Assembly: GCF_037042905.1 (NCBI RefSeq)
Contig: NC_087250.1
Span: 27,096,001-27,160,000 of the forward strand
DNA: 64,000 nucleotides
Source of the DNA: Lytechinus pictus
Lineage: Eukaryota
Direction of reading: 5' to 3'
Shown piece after piece: positions 1-11,924 of the stretch. The notes beneath the pieces were generated by a model. The model saw nothing but the letters and a program-made list of their open reading frames with translations, was not told the origin of the DNA and made no database searches. How positions within the stretch are numbered: the first letter of the stretch is position 1; the number at the start of each line of letters is the position of its first letter. The position numbers were made by a program, and so were the translations under genes.

Positions 1-456
1 GGGCCCTAAACATACAAGACATCTTTTTGACGTTGTTTGTCGTTTTCTCTACGCACTATCATAATTTATTTCCAAAATTCTTTGCAATTTGAGCACTGAT
101 CCACGTTTATCATGAGCTAAAAATAAAAACCATACATCCTAATATGTTTATACACTGCACCTCTTTGTGTATCCGTGTTTAATAATACATTATACAAGGA
201 TCTCAATTCAACTAAAGAGAGAAAAAAGTATTATTACAATTAAGCGTTGTTTTATCGGTTCACAAAACAACGCAAGAAAAATTAAGATTAAATGTGAGAA
301 CACTTTCACTGTAAAGGTTTCTGAGAAAGCGAGAGAATGTTTAATATACCCTCGTAATTTTTTGTTCAAATGTTTTTTTAAATTCATTTTAACTTTTCTT
401 GCGGTTTTTTGTTGTTTTTGTTTTAGGTAGGCTACTGTCCCTATTTTCTCTTCATC

Positions 457-2118
457 ATGGCGTCTAAGTTCCCAACAAAGAAGGGTGGAGAGGTCGAGCT
501 TCGTACAAGGAAAGGTCATGACATGACCTGGTCATGTGACAAGCATGGTGAGCCAATCAAATTTTACTGTAAGAAACACAAAATTCCTATTTGTCATCCA
601 TGCGCTACCAAAGATCACAGTCAGAAACCATGTGAGCTAGACGACATCGAGGATGTCATCTTCGAAAGGAGAAGACAGCTAGATGAAAAACGGCCAAAAG
701 TTCAAGGACTTCACAAACAATTGGAAGCCCTCAGCACGAAAATAAAGACTGTGTCAACGTCTGGAAGTACTCATCTTCGGACAATTGACAACAACATTCA
801 AGATTCATATCACGACAAGATCGATTCTGTTGGAGAAAAGGAGAACAGGATGATTAGGGTTATTAACGAGGAGGCAGATGAGGAAATAAGACTAGTAAAT
901 GAGAAGAGAGAAAAACGGATCAAGGATTGCAACACCGAGAGAGAAAATGAGCGACAAATCATCAAACACAAAGAAGCAAAACTTCTAGCAGATGCAAAGA
1001 AAATCAGCGAAGTTGTTGCTAAGAAGATCAAGGATCTGACTGATAAGAATCAGCATGTAATAAACACTGTAGAGAACATTGAATCAACCATCACACGTAT
1101 TAACCAACATGATGAAACATTGGTGAATGAAGCTCCTCAAGTACTTGCATCTATTGATGAAAATTTAAGTTTGAATGTTCATCAAGATGTTAGCGACTGT
1201 CTTGACCGAATACAGAATGAAGTTGAGAGAATGAAGTTTGTAGAGAGGGAAGTAGGTGGAGAATACTATGGTAGAATTGGTGGGTATATCGGTAAATGGG
1301 AACTTGTCAAGTCAATTCACATTCCATCGGTTGTTAATAACCCGTGTGCGCGTGGTTTAGTCAGTGATGATGAGATATGTGTGCAAGTACGTAACAGTGA
1401 CATGTATATTACAAACATCAACACTCAACACACAGAGAAAGTCATTGATGAAGGTGTGCGTGTTACATCATGTGCGCCCATAGACAGTAACGTAATAGTA
1501 TGTGGTAAGGGGACAGGTGATCGCACGGGTGACAGGTTGAATGGATGCATCACTCTCTATGACAGACAATGGAAGGTGATTAGAGACATCAGCATACCAA
1601 GGAATGGATACGCCGTATATTATAGTGTGTATGTTGATGTTGACAGGGATGGGATGATCATCGCTGGTCAGTTCAATCAGTCTAATATCTACGTCATCAA
1701 TCCTGCTGATGATAAGATAGTAAACACTATTACGATGCAGGGTAAGAAGGTGTGGGATGGGATACAAGCCTTGTCATCAGGTGATATCGTTGTGAAGACA
1801 GATTATAATAAATACACTGTCATCTCACGATCAGGAGAACGGAAGGCTGTCATACACTGTGATGAGTGGGTCTGGTCAGAGTGTCTCGTTGACAAACTGA
1901 CAGACACACTCTACATCGCGTACTGGGATAGAGCGCGTAATACATACGCAGTTGATCAGGTGTCACGTGATGGTATCATCCAGGCAAGAAGGATCGTGGA
2001 ATACGTGAAATCAGATCGCCCTCACCCCAGCAGTCATTGTCTTGTTACTCCTTCTGGTAACCTCGTAGGATGTGATGGAGACAAACTTCATCTTTACAAG
2101 AAGACTTTAATCTTGTGA
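457..2118 (+). CDS. B-box / coiled-coil / beta-propeller (TRIM-NHL-like, no RING in window) protein, single large exon
   Basis: 553 aa ORF with a B-box-type Cys/His pattern (CDKH-x7-CKKH-x4-CHPC-x4-H), a long E/K-rich coiled coil and a beta-strand-rich repetitive C-terminus. It follows a pyrimidine tract and candidate acceptor AG at 429-430; upstream exons may lie outside the window. Confidence 0.85.
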   Translation: MASKFPTKKGGEVELRTRKGHDMTWSCDKHGEPIKFYCKKHKIPICHPCATKDHSQKPCELDDIEDVIFERRRQLDEKRPKVQGLHKQLEALSTKIKTVSTSGSTHLRTIDNNIQDSYHDKIDSVGEKENRMIRVINEEADEEIRLVNEKREKRIKDCNTERENERQIIKHKEAKLLADAKKISEVVAKKIKDLTDKNQHVINTVENIESTITRINQHDETLVNEAPQVLASIDENLSLNVHQDVSDCLDRIQNEVERMKFVEREVGGEYYGRIGGYIGKWELVKSIHIPSVVNNPCARGLVSDDEICVQVRNSDMYITNINTQHTEKVIDEGVRVTSCAPIDSNVIVCGKGTGDRTGDRLNGCITLYDRQWKVIRDISIPRNGYAVYYSVYVDVDRDGMIIAGQFNQSNIYVINPADDKIVNTITMQGKKVWDGIQALSSGDIVVKTDYNKYTVISRSGERKAVIHCDEWVWSECLVDKLTDTLYIAYWDRARNTYAVDQVSRDGIIQARRIVEYVKSDRPHPSSHCLVTPSGNLVGCDGDKLHLYKKTLIL

Positions 2119-2695
2119 ATCATCCACACTATAAATAATAACTTGTGACATTTTGTAAGAAAAAAAAAATAGATCACTGATTACATTGTTTGTGCTTGAT
2201 TTCATTGTGTTTCCAATCCACTCTTTGAGTTGATTTTATCTTGAGAAAAAAAGAAGAACATGTTGTAATTAAATGGAAACGAAGATTGATGGATATTACG
2301 AATGTTAAGTAACAAGAATTTAAACCTCATAAATATCGATGTTTGATATAAAATGATCCTTATTCATTCATATGATAATGGACTTGAGGAGAATAGACAT
2401 AATTTAACCCCCCCCCCCCGGCCTATAAATCCTCTCGAAATCAGTTTATTACGCTTCCTAATCATTTGTACACATTATGGTCAATCCTTATATATATATT
2501 CATTCAGAACTCTTTAAATTAGGTATTCTAATAACTTGTTAAACCGTCCTTATTTTCTTTCATTTGTACATGTCATATCACACCTGATCCACTAATGTTA
2601 CTTGTTGTCTATATCAGTAAATGAAGTTATCTTTATACCATCATCATACCACATTGTCTACATGATCAGGATATAAGTATCTAAAGAGTCGATTG

Positions 2696-3118
2696 ATTTG
2701 ATAACATTCGGTAGAAATGATAACAATTGGTATAAATGATAACATTCGGTGGAAATGATAACATTCGGTAGAAATGATAACAATTGGTAGAAATGATAAC
2801 ATTCGGTGGAAATGATAACAATTGGTAGAAATGATAACATTCGGTGGAAATGATAACAATTGGTAGAAATAACAACATTCGGTGGAAATGATAACATTCG
2901 TTAGAAATGATAACAATTGGTAGAAATGATAACAATTGGTAGAAATGATAGCATTTGGTAGAACTGACAACATTCCGTAGAAATGATTACATTCTGTAAA
3001 TATGATAACATTCTGTAGAAATGATGACATTGCGTAGAAATGTTTTAACATTCAAAGAAATGGCAGCATTCAGTAGAAATGACAGCAATATTCGCTAGAA
3101 ATTATAACATTCGGTAGC
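2696..3118. repeat. Minisatellite, 19-20 bp unit (GTAGAAATGATAACATTCG / ...ACAATTG)
   Basis: About 20 tandem units, degenerating towards the 3' end. Explains the repetitive minus-strand ORFs. Confidence 0.9.
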
Positions 3119-3361
3119 AAAATATGATGTTATTTTGCGCCCTCTACATTCATCATACATCACTAGTGAGGTAAATTTGATTACATCATCTTATTATTTT
3201 CCCTGTCGGCCAATGGTATAACAATTTAAGAACCTGCCTTAATGGATATTAAAATCATTAACATTCAGTAACACACACGATGTACATTGATAAGACATGT
3301 TCATATTTTCCTATTAGTCAGAATTCGACATGACGAATATTTTGCGTTTGTGATTCAATAA

Positions 3362-3403
3362 GCCCTGTGGCCCAATGGATAAGGCATCTGACTACGAATA
3401 AGA
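3362..3403 (+). pseudogene. 5' half of a tRNA-Arg(ACG)-like sequence
   Basis: GCCCTGTGGCCCAATGGATAAGGCATCTGACTACGAATAAGA: D-arm GCC/GGC, anticodon stem TCTGA/TAAGA, loop CTACGAA. No T-arm or 3' acceptor strand. Confidence 0.7.
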
Positions 3404-3618
3404 ATGTTTTATCATAATGTGTATTGTTAGCGATAGTGATGATATTAGATAATACACTATATTTAATTGTGTACATTCTAAACTCGTGTTTAAGCGAATG
3501 ACACATGTTATGCTGTTGATAGTTATATTCAATCTTTCTACAAGACTGATATCAGATAGAATTCAGTAAATTATTTGATACTTGTTTCTCTTTAATACAT
3601 TCATATCCCCTTCTCATA

Positions 3619-3895
3619 TAATAATAATAATAATATAGGGTATTTATATTGCGCACATATCCACCTTGTTAGGTGCTCAAGGCGCTCCTATAATACCCGG
3701 ATAAGCTAGGCGTTTATAGCGCACACAGCTTTTGAAGGAATTATTTCCTTCTGGTACCCATTTACCTCACCTGGGTTGAGTGCAGCTCACTGTGGATCAG
3801 GTTCTTGCTGAAGGAAATTACGCCATGGCTGGGATTCGAACCCACGACCCTCTGTTTCAAAGTCCAAAGACTAATCCACTGGGTCACAACGCTCC
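3619..3895 (-). mobile_element. tRNA-derived SINE
   Basis: Minus strand has an A-box-like head, B-box GGTTCGAATCC, core GCACTCAACCCAGGTGAGGTAAATGGGTACC and a (TTA)n tail. Confidence 0.85.
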
Positions 3896-4149
3896 ACAAC
3901 GTATATATTTATACCCAATCTCTTTTATATTCATATATCTCCTTTCTCTCTCATCAACGTATATATATATTTGCACGATCACCATTTTTTCTCTATATGA
4001 TTTTTATGGTTATAAAGTTTGGGGTTATATTTATTTTTGATAGTGATAATCATGTTGTCTAGATTCTAATCAGATTTATTGTAAAAATAATCAATATCGT
4101 GTAAATATCAGCTGTATTATTAATAATTGTGCAGATTGTTCTTTCAACT

Positions 4150-4960
4150 ATCGATCATTATGTAATGTACGAAAGAGCCTTTGCTAAAAATATAAAAAAA
4201 AGTTTGTATTATGTGTCGTAGTTCTTCAGTATTTCATGTGCAGATGATCAAAGTTTGTTTCATAAAAATGGACACTACACAAATATTAGGTGCGGTATAG
4301 CTCACAATCATTTCATAGTTCATAGAGTGATGTATGTAAGAAGCGCTTTTAGATTTTAATATGAATAGAAAAGGTATAAACTTTAATTCTAAAAATCTGT
4401 TTCGTTATCTCTTGTATAATCTCTGATTTTATATGTGGTACAAAGAATGCATTTTCTTGCTGGTAAATATACAGGTATAAAGGAAGTAGAGACCTTGTTG
4501 ATCAAAAAGAAGAGAATAGTCAAAACTTTGCCATGTTCACTTTTATGAAAAAGATGCTTATTAGAATGTCACCATGTAAAGTATTTGGAACTTTAGTGGA
4601 GATTTTCATTGAAGAAAAAAAGGGACTGTTTAGGATTGGTTATACAGCTTTTGGCAGTAGCGGTGAAACCGATGATGTGATGAAGGTGGGGGTGATTTCA
4701 GTACATGTGCTTAGAACAGTGAACATGTAAATATTACTTTGATTAGAAGAATAGAAAGTATATGTCTTACTTCTAATGAAATATATTTTCATATACACTT
4801 TATGTGAATTACGAACACTTCTTGAATAGAAAAAAAAAACAATGTTTGTGGATGTATCATGGACTTTAATCTATACGACATAATTCTAACCTACTTTGGA
4901 GCAGAAAATAGTCATGTGGAAATGGAAAGGAAATATCTTTATTATGGATAATAGTATTAA
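4150..4960 (+). mobile_element. Possible heavily decayed L1/Tx1-like LINE 3' fragment
   Basis: Broken peptide remnants (LECHHVK, LLLMKYIF) resemble the C-terminal region of L1-group ORF2. Many stops and frameshifts; boundaries approximate. Confidence 0.3.
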
Positions 4961-5289
4961 TAAGTACATTTCAAGAAAGGTTTGTCAATGCAATATATAG
5001 TTGTATACAGATTACTGATCCAATTATCAACCGTTCTGAATAAATATCTAAGATTTTAAATTGGTTGGAATCTTTGTAGGGTGTATTTTGAAGTCATCAT
5101 CATGGTTATGAGGAGGGTGTATTTTAATGCACATATGATTATGTCATTTTGTAATCAAGTAATTTTGTCAGCATAACCGAAATTAAATGTCAAACCCCCC
5201 AAAAAATCTACATCCAGTTCATATTTCTAATTTACAAATGAGTATATCTGACATGTAGGACTGATTAAAAATAATATATAGAACGATGG

Positions 5290-5710
5290 TGACAGACGAA
5301 GGATAAAAGGATGAGATATATAGAAAGAGGGAGGGGTTGGCAAAGTGGTTGGGAGTGAGAGAAAAAACAATGGAGAGACGAGGAAAGTAAGAACGGAGAG
5401 AGAGAAAAAAAGATACAAATAAAAGGATAAAGAGATGGAAATGAGAGGGATGGAAAAGATGAGAGAGAGGAAGAGAGAGAGAGAGAGGGGAAGGGAAAAT
5501 GGAAGAAGGGGAGAGAAAAAATGGAGAGACAGTGAAAAGAGAGACTGGGAAAGAGGGGGAGAGAGAGAATAGAAGTGGATGAGTGAGGGGGAGAAATTGA
5601 GAGACAAGGGGAAAAGGAGGAATAAGAGAGGGAGAGAGAGAGGGGGGGGGGGGCAATTTAAAGAACTACCGAGAGACAAGAAATGATAAAGAGAGATGGG
5701 GGATGGAGGT
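5290..5710. repeat. Purine-rich (GA) low-complexity tract
   Basis: Almost exclusively G/A on the + strand. Confidence 0.85.
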
Positions 5711-7450
5711 GAATTTGTAATTGAGTTTGTATTAGAATTTTCCTTTCTTATGAAACAAAGTATAAAATTACAAAGTTGGATATATCACAAACTATGTCAA
5801 TCATAGTAAGTCATAACAAAATTGAAGAAAGGGTGAATTTAATCTACGTAGATAGAATTGGCTTCGTCGAAATTAAGTAAAAGGAAACAACGCAGGGGCT
5901 TGCCAAGAAAGATTGAATTTAAGAGATAGGGAAAAGAAGGAATCGCAGAGAAAAATGAGTGAGAGTGAGAGAGAGAGAGAGAAAAGAAGAGGAAGAAAAC
6001 AATCCGAACGCTTCTTACTTTTTGTATAACCAGGAAATGTAGTACGATTATATAATATTGAATTATATTAAATGTGACCATTATGATACTTCAATTTTTT
6101 CAAAGAACTACACCATTGTCATATTGAATTCATGTACAATGCTTCAACAAAATAAAGCATCAAAACATGATATCACAATACAAGAAATACATTTGATTAT
6201 ATACATGTGGGGATGAGACATTTTCAGCTCACCTCTTGAATATTCATCAGGACATCCATAGAACTGCCTAGTAATGCAAATCTTTAAAATTCAATAACTT
6301 CGTAATTTGTTACCCGATTTTGATCAAATTTTCAAAATTTTGCTTTTTGAATTTTATTATTTTTATTGAGATATAAACATCTCCAGCCTGGACCATCCCT
6401 TTAAACATGACCATTATGTTACTTCAGTGTATGCAAAGAACTACACCACTGTCATGACTGTCATATTAAATTTATGTTCAATGCTTCACCAAAGTAATAT
6501 ATCAAAATATAATAACACAATAAAAGAAATACATTTAACTATAAAATTATACAGAATACAGAAGATTATGACAATGTCAATTAATGAAAGTGAAATATGT
6601 AAAATAACCTGCATAAAAAAACTGAGCTTGTTATGTCTGAAGGTTCCTAAATATAGTTGGGATGCTGTCTCTGTTTTCATGGTACTTCCTCAATGGGGAA
6701 GGGGGCTTCAAGTATATCTAACAAAATATAATATATGCATAGACAAACCTAGCAACTCACCTGGTATATTTAATCACCCAATGAAAGTGATTTTCTACTT
6801 CATTAGATATTAGAAGCCCCAGTATTTTTGGCCTCCGGAAAGTGGCAATGATCTGAAGTTGGATATCATCTATTGGGGGAAATCCCCTTCGTATGTTCTT
6901 CCATTCTATATCAAAAGATGGCGCTCTTTCAAGTCTTTATTACACTCACATTGAAGCACTTGATAAAGATGTGGTTTTGGGCATTAAATCAGTTAAAATC
7001 AGAAGCTATATGCAATCTACATTTGAATTGAAATGAAACGATTAATTTTAAAAGTAAAGACAGAGAGGGAGAGGGAGGGTGAGAGCTGGCATTTTTTTTT
7101 CTGAAAAGTTGTAAAATTATTGATCGAATAAGATATTCATTGATCATTGTAAGTGTAAATACACATGTAAAACACGCTACAATATATTTTCTATCTTTCC
7201 CAAACCATGCCAACCAGGCTTATAACAATAGTGCTGGGTATATTGTTTTCAATTTTGACAGAATGATTACCAAGATGTTTAGAGAAAAATGCAAGCCACT
7301 GAGGCTGGACTTGACTCTCTCTTTTTTTTTTACAACATTGCTTGCTATATGAACGTTGAGGTTAAGAACAGTTGTTTAAAAGTTCAAACACGTTTTTAAA
7401 GTCTTAAACAACAGAGTTCGATTTTTAAAAATAAATCTAATATGCAATAT

Positions 7451-7760
7451 AGGCGCATTGTGGTCTAGTGGTTCTGACTCTAAGGGTTCGAACCATAGCC
7501 ATTGCGTGTTTTTTTTCAGCAAGAAATGTATTCACACAGTGCCGCACTCAACCCAGGTGAGGTAAATGGGTACCCGGCAGGATTGATTCCTTAAATGCAC
7601 TGAGCGCTGAAAGGCACCTTAAGCTAAAGCCGGGGTAACATCGATAGCAATGCGCCTCGAAATAAATTGTTTCTAGATAGATGGCGCTTTATGACGGACT
7701 ATTTTTATTAATATTAATTTTATTATTATTATCATTATTATTATTATTATTGTTATCATT
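7451..7760 (+). mobile_element. tRNA-derived SINE (same core as 3619-3895, different 3' half)
   Basis: TGGTCTAGTGG A-box, GGTTCGAACC B-box, identical GCACTCAACCCAGGTGAGGTAAATGGGTACC core, (TTA)n tail. Confidence 0.8.
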
Positions 7761-9374
7761 ATTATTCAATAAATTAGACATGATGGTTGTTTGAACTGTA
7801 CTGTATAGACAAATAGTAAATATCGTTGCATAAAAACTAAACAGCGCTTTATTATGGTTATAAAATGTTTTTCTTGAGCAAGAAATATTAATTAGATCTG
7901 GAATATTCATTATGATTTAATTCCGAACGAGAGTTACATAAATCAAACAGAAATGATTACCGAAAGAGTTCATGATGCACGGTTTATACGCAAATAAATT
8001 TTATAAGAAAATATAGAAACGAGGAGAGGGGTTGGAGGGGAAAGTTCCACCCCTCTCTTTGACAAGAATGCTTAACTGTATGTTTTGTACGCTAGACAAA
8101 ACCATAAGTTTATTATTAGCGAAACTTCATAAATTGTCTTCTTTATGAATTTGCGATATATTCATTAGGAATTCACCCCGAACGAAAAATAAAATCTTAA
8201 CACAATTCGCCTGTATATTATGTTTATAATATTCCATTGCGTGTCAACAAACACCGTTCTATTAAGTTGATAATATTTTTCTGCGTGTCAACAGAGACGG
8301 TATGTGTTGATAATAATGTACCGGCATCCACTGGAACGGTAACAAAAAAGCAAAACAATAATAAAAGAGGGAAAATTCGATGTGGGTGTTTTATAAAGTT
8401 GTTCATAAGGTACGAATGACTTCATACGCAAGACTGGTACATGTTCTCATGTGATAAAGTCAGCTACATATTGGCATCCGTTAACCAAAGAAAAGTTCAC
8501 CAGTAGTATTACGTCATTCGTCATAACTCATGGGCAGCTTTATGAAAAACCCAGCAGAGAGATTTTCACATTGACTTCTAACAAAGCATTGCCAAAACCT
8601 GCGACTTCCATTATTTAAAGCTATTCGGTTTAAAGTATGTACGTTTACATGTACGGTTTGCGGGTGATAACATTCTAACCTCCGTTAATAGCCGCTATAG
8701 ATAATTATATCACGGCAATTATAGACGATAGTAGAAATAAATAAGTGACACTGATTATGCACTTTGAACACTCCACAAGTTATTTTGTGCTTTTTTTTTA
8801 AACATTAATTTTACTAATATTATTATCATCATGTATCTATATACGCTGAGAAAATGTAAATTTTCACATGTTTCTCAAATGTATGACAGACGTGAAATAG
8901 AGCAGAGGGGATTGGATATGACAGATAATGGTATTTTATTTATTACAAAACTACACGACTAAGACCAGGCTTTCTTTAAATCTTATTTAGCCGAGTACAT
9001 TAGGTATTGATCATTTTCAAGCAAACCATTACTCTTGTATTTGTGCTATTAAATGGATTTGATTTTTTACGCTTGCATATGGTCTTAGTAATCATTTTGG
9101 AAGAGAAGGCACCTGTAAAAAGTGAAAGGAACTTAATGTTGGATTCTCGACCAAACTTGTAAAGTGTTTTAGTTACTTAATGAATCTTATTTTATATGGT
9201 AGTTTTCATTCACATTTTATGTTGTACCGTAAAAGGCAACATGAAAAAGCTAGCCGCTATGTTCTATTAGGTTTCCAACCTTTGACACAATAAACACCAT
9301 CATGGAGCGACTAATACAGATTTCAACATTTTTTTAATACTCATTATTAATAATCAAGAACCATTACTTTACAT

Positions 9375-9905
9375 ATATTTAGAAGCCTACAGTAATTTCT
9401 ACAGCCTCTTCTATTACATGTAAGTCAGGTTCCCAACGTTTGTTACACACTCTAGTGTACCCTATAACATGTAGAATAAATACTTAATTTGATCTTAGAA
9501 TGCTATGTTTAAGAACATATTTCTGATATACCCATTGGCCATATCTTATTTATTGTAAAAGTGTAACAAATAAATTCTGATTTAATTCAATACAACCTGT
9601 AGTATTTCTTCCGTTCAGTTATTACTAAACCAACCATTACTGTATGTCATTACTATACTGTAAGCCACATTAAACTTGTAGTTGTATAAAATTGGATCGT
9701 AATGATATCTAACATTGGGTATTTTATTTGATTTGTGCACTGACTAAGGATGTGGAAAATCCCCAATATGTTTTAATACACATTGCAGGTCTACTCAGTT
9801 GTATATTGTATTCGCACAGTGTGAAGAGATTGTTAGCTGAAAGAGCGTGTATATATACTTGATATCGGTGAGTATGTAGCTTAATATTTTACTTGTGAGG
9901 ATAAG
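9375..9905 (+). promoter_or_regulatory. Putative promoter and short non-coding first exon, copy 1
   Basis: Homologous to 25410-25950. kB-like GGAAAATCCC at 9754, TCAGTT at 9795, donor ATCG/GTGAGT at 9868; all retained in both copies. Confidence 0.5.
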
Positions 9906-9937
9906 AAAGAAAAATATAAGAAAAAATATGATATTTA

Positions 9938-10570
9938 TGTAACAGGTCAGAAAATATATGTACAAAAGAGAGAGAGATATTTTCTATGTGTATGTAAAAC
10001 TGATCTGTTGAGAAGGTCCCTGAATGCATTGAAGCATATGTATTGTCACTGAGAGCATTGTATGGAAGTGATCCCTTTCAATCAGAAATACTTCTGAGGA
10101 GATCCCTTCAGGGAAGTTCTCCTTGACCTTGGGTCAGTGAGGGTGATCTTGGGACAGCTTTCTTGATAGCTTGCTTGACACATGACCAAATGAGAGGGAA
10201 AGAGACTGACCACCCTCTTGCTTTGGGGAGGTCAAGATTTGAGTTACATGTACATTCTTTGATGATCTATTTGAAGGTGGTTTGATTGATATATATATTT
10301 TTTTGTATTGTTGGACAATGCCCTAAGTATGTTGAATGATTATTATTATTTTGTGAACATGTTAAAACTAGGTGAGGTTTGAATTCTTTTAAGAGTACAA
10401 TGGTTCATTATTGTTTGTGCTGATGATGTAAAAAAATTATTTAAAAAATGATATACATGTACTCATCATTTTTTTTCTTTTTTTCTTTCAAGGGTTGATC
10501 TACCCTCAAAATAAATACCACATAAACTTTTAAATGACTGTGTCATGTGTCATTCATACCTGCCGTAACA
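9938..10570 (+). repeat. 5' LTR (633 bp)
   Basis: TGTAACAGG...CCGTAACA. Matches both ends of the 3' LTR but lacks its central ~620 bp. Confidence 0.95.
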
Positions 10571-10573
10571 AAA

Positions 10574-10592
10574 TGGCGTTGCGAGTAGGATT
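10574..10592 (+). promoter_or_regulatory. Primer binding site, tRNA-Ser-like
   Basis: TGGCGTTGCGAGTAGGATT, 3 nt after the LTR. Resembles the complement of tRNA-Ser 3' ends (from memory, imperfect match). Confidence 0.7.
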
Positions 10593-11000
10593 GTGGTTTT
10601 GAGAGTAGATGACCCGTTTTTGCATTAGGAACCCCCTCTTGAGGACGTAACTGCTATCTGATGGAACTTGGTTGATGCAGGACGTCATACTGGATGTAGA
10701 GTGGAAGGTTAGACTTACACACCCGCTGGATTTCAGATGCGCAAACTGGATTGATGCACATCTTCCTAGGAGTGATACAGTTATTGAGATATGAACTTTA
10801 AAGCATTTTTACAGATCCAAGCTTCCAAAGAACTTTAAATGAACTTTAATTTTTTTGGTAGTATTTTGAAGTATATTGTGATCTATTTTTACATGTATGT
10901 TTATATACACAGTTTGTATTAGTACATTTATATTGTTTCACAGTTTGCATTAGTGCATTTGTATCGTCTCATTTGTATCCTTGCAGCCAATTGCAAAATC

Positions 11001-11924
11001 ATGGCAGAGAAGAAAAGAAGTCCAAGTCCTGGTAGGGAATTGGTGGAGGAGGAACTTCGAAAACTTCAGGGAGAACTGCATCAGTTGAAATTACAGGGAG
11101 CAAGTCAAGCAAGTCATAATGAAAAAGTACCACCCGTTGTGTATGTATCTGCAGAGCGTCAGATAAGGAAATTTGGAGGTGACGAGGGGATTGATGAATG
11201 GATTTCAGATATTCAGAGTTTATTGGCAGACAAGGTCGCCTACCAAACCCCCAAGGAAAGGTTGCAGACTGTGATCAGACATACCCATGGTGCAGCTCGC
11301 ATGGAACTTGTCAGTCGGGAAGATATCGGTAGCGCAGAGGATGCATTCCAAGTTCTGAGGTCAGTTTTTGGAGAAGTAGGAAGTCAAGCGTCCCAGAAGC
11401 GAAAGTTTTTCAGTCGCCTGCAGAAGAGAGGAGAAACATTAATAGAATATTCCCATGAACTGATCCGATTGTTGCAGACTTGGAGAGGAGTGGGAAAGCA
11501 GGATCGAGAAGAGACCCTCATCTCACAATTCATTGAGGGAGTTTCTGATGCTGATCTTCGTCGGGAACTTCTTCGTCGATCTCAAGAAAACCCAGCACCC
11601 TTTGTGGCCCTCCGAGACTGGGCTGTACAGTGGGAACGGCAAGGCTCCAACAGCAGAAGGTCAGATAGAGGTCAACAATGGTTAGAGTCTCAAGAGCAGG
11701 GAGTCAGCTCGACTGATAACCAGAGCATCTCTCTCGTATTAGAAGCCCTTCAACAACAAAATAAACTGGTATCTGCCCTCCTTACCCAGCAGGAAGAGCA
11801 AAGCAGAGTACTGAATAGCCTTTTAGCTCAGAGTCGTCCACGTTGGCCTCAGGGTTGTTTCCAGTGCGGAGCCAAGGACCACATCAGACGTAATTGCCCT
11901 CGCACACGCAATTTAAACGAATAA
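11001..11924 (+). CDS. gag: Gag with CCHC zinc knuckle
   Basis: ATG at 11001; QKRGETLIEY capsid-like motif; CFQCGAKDHIRRNC knuckle. Confidence 0.92.
   Translation: MAEKKRSPSPGRELVEEELRKLQGELHQLKLQGASQASHNEKVPPVVYVSAERQIRKFGGDEGIDEWISDIQSLLADKVAYQTPKERLQTVIRHTHGAARMELVSREDIGSAEDAFQVLRSVFGEVGSQASQKRKFFSRLQKRGETLIEYSHELIRLLQTWRGVGKQDREETLISQFIEGVSDADLRRELLRRSQENPAPFVALRDWAVQWERQGSNSRRSDRGQQWLESQEQGVSSTDNQSISLVLEALQQQNKLVSALLTQQEEQSRVLNSLLAQSRPRWPQGCFQCGAKDHIRRNCPRTRNLNE

Noticed and set aside
1468..1767. Conserved antisense ORF (also 48829-49269)
   Set aside because: Shadow of the duplicated sense CDS.
1101..2102. Diversity-generating-retroelement-style template/variable repeat pair
   Set aside because: Differences are not adenine-specific, both copies are intact ORFs, and the nearby RTs belong to ordinary Gypsy and LINE elements.
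2644..3051. Repetitive minus-strand ORFs / CRISPR-like periodicity
   Set aside because: Head-to-tail minisatellite with no unique spacers; the ORFs are by-products.
5219..5679. Hydrophobic 145-150 aa ORFs (also 31772-32296 and 59297-59539)
   Set aside because: Low-complexity GA/CT tracts.
6070..6540. ~125 bp direct repeat around a transposon end fragment
   Set aside because: Too long and diverged for a target duplication; no further structure seen.
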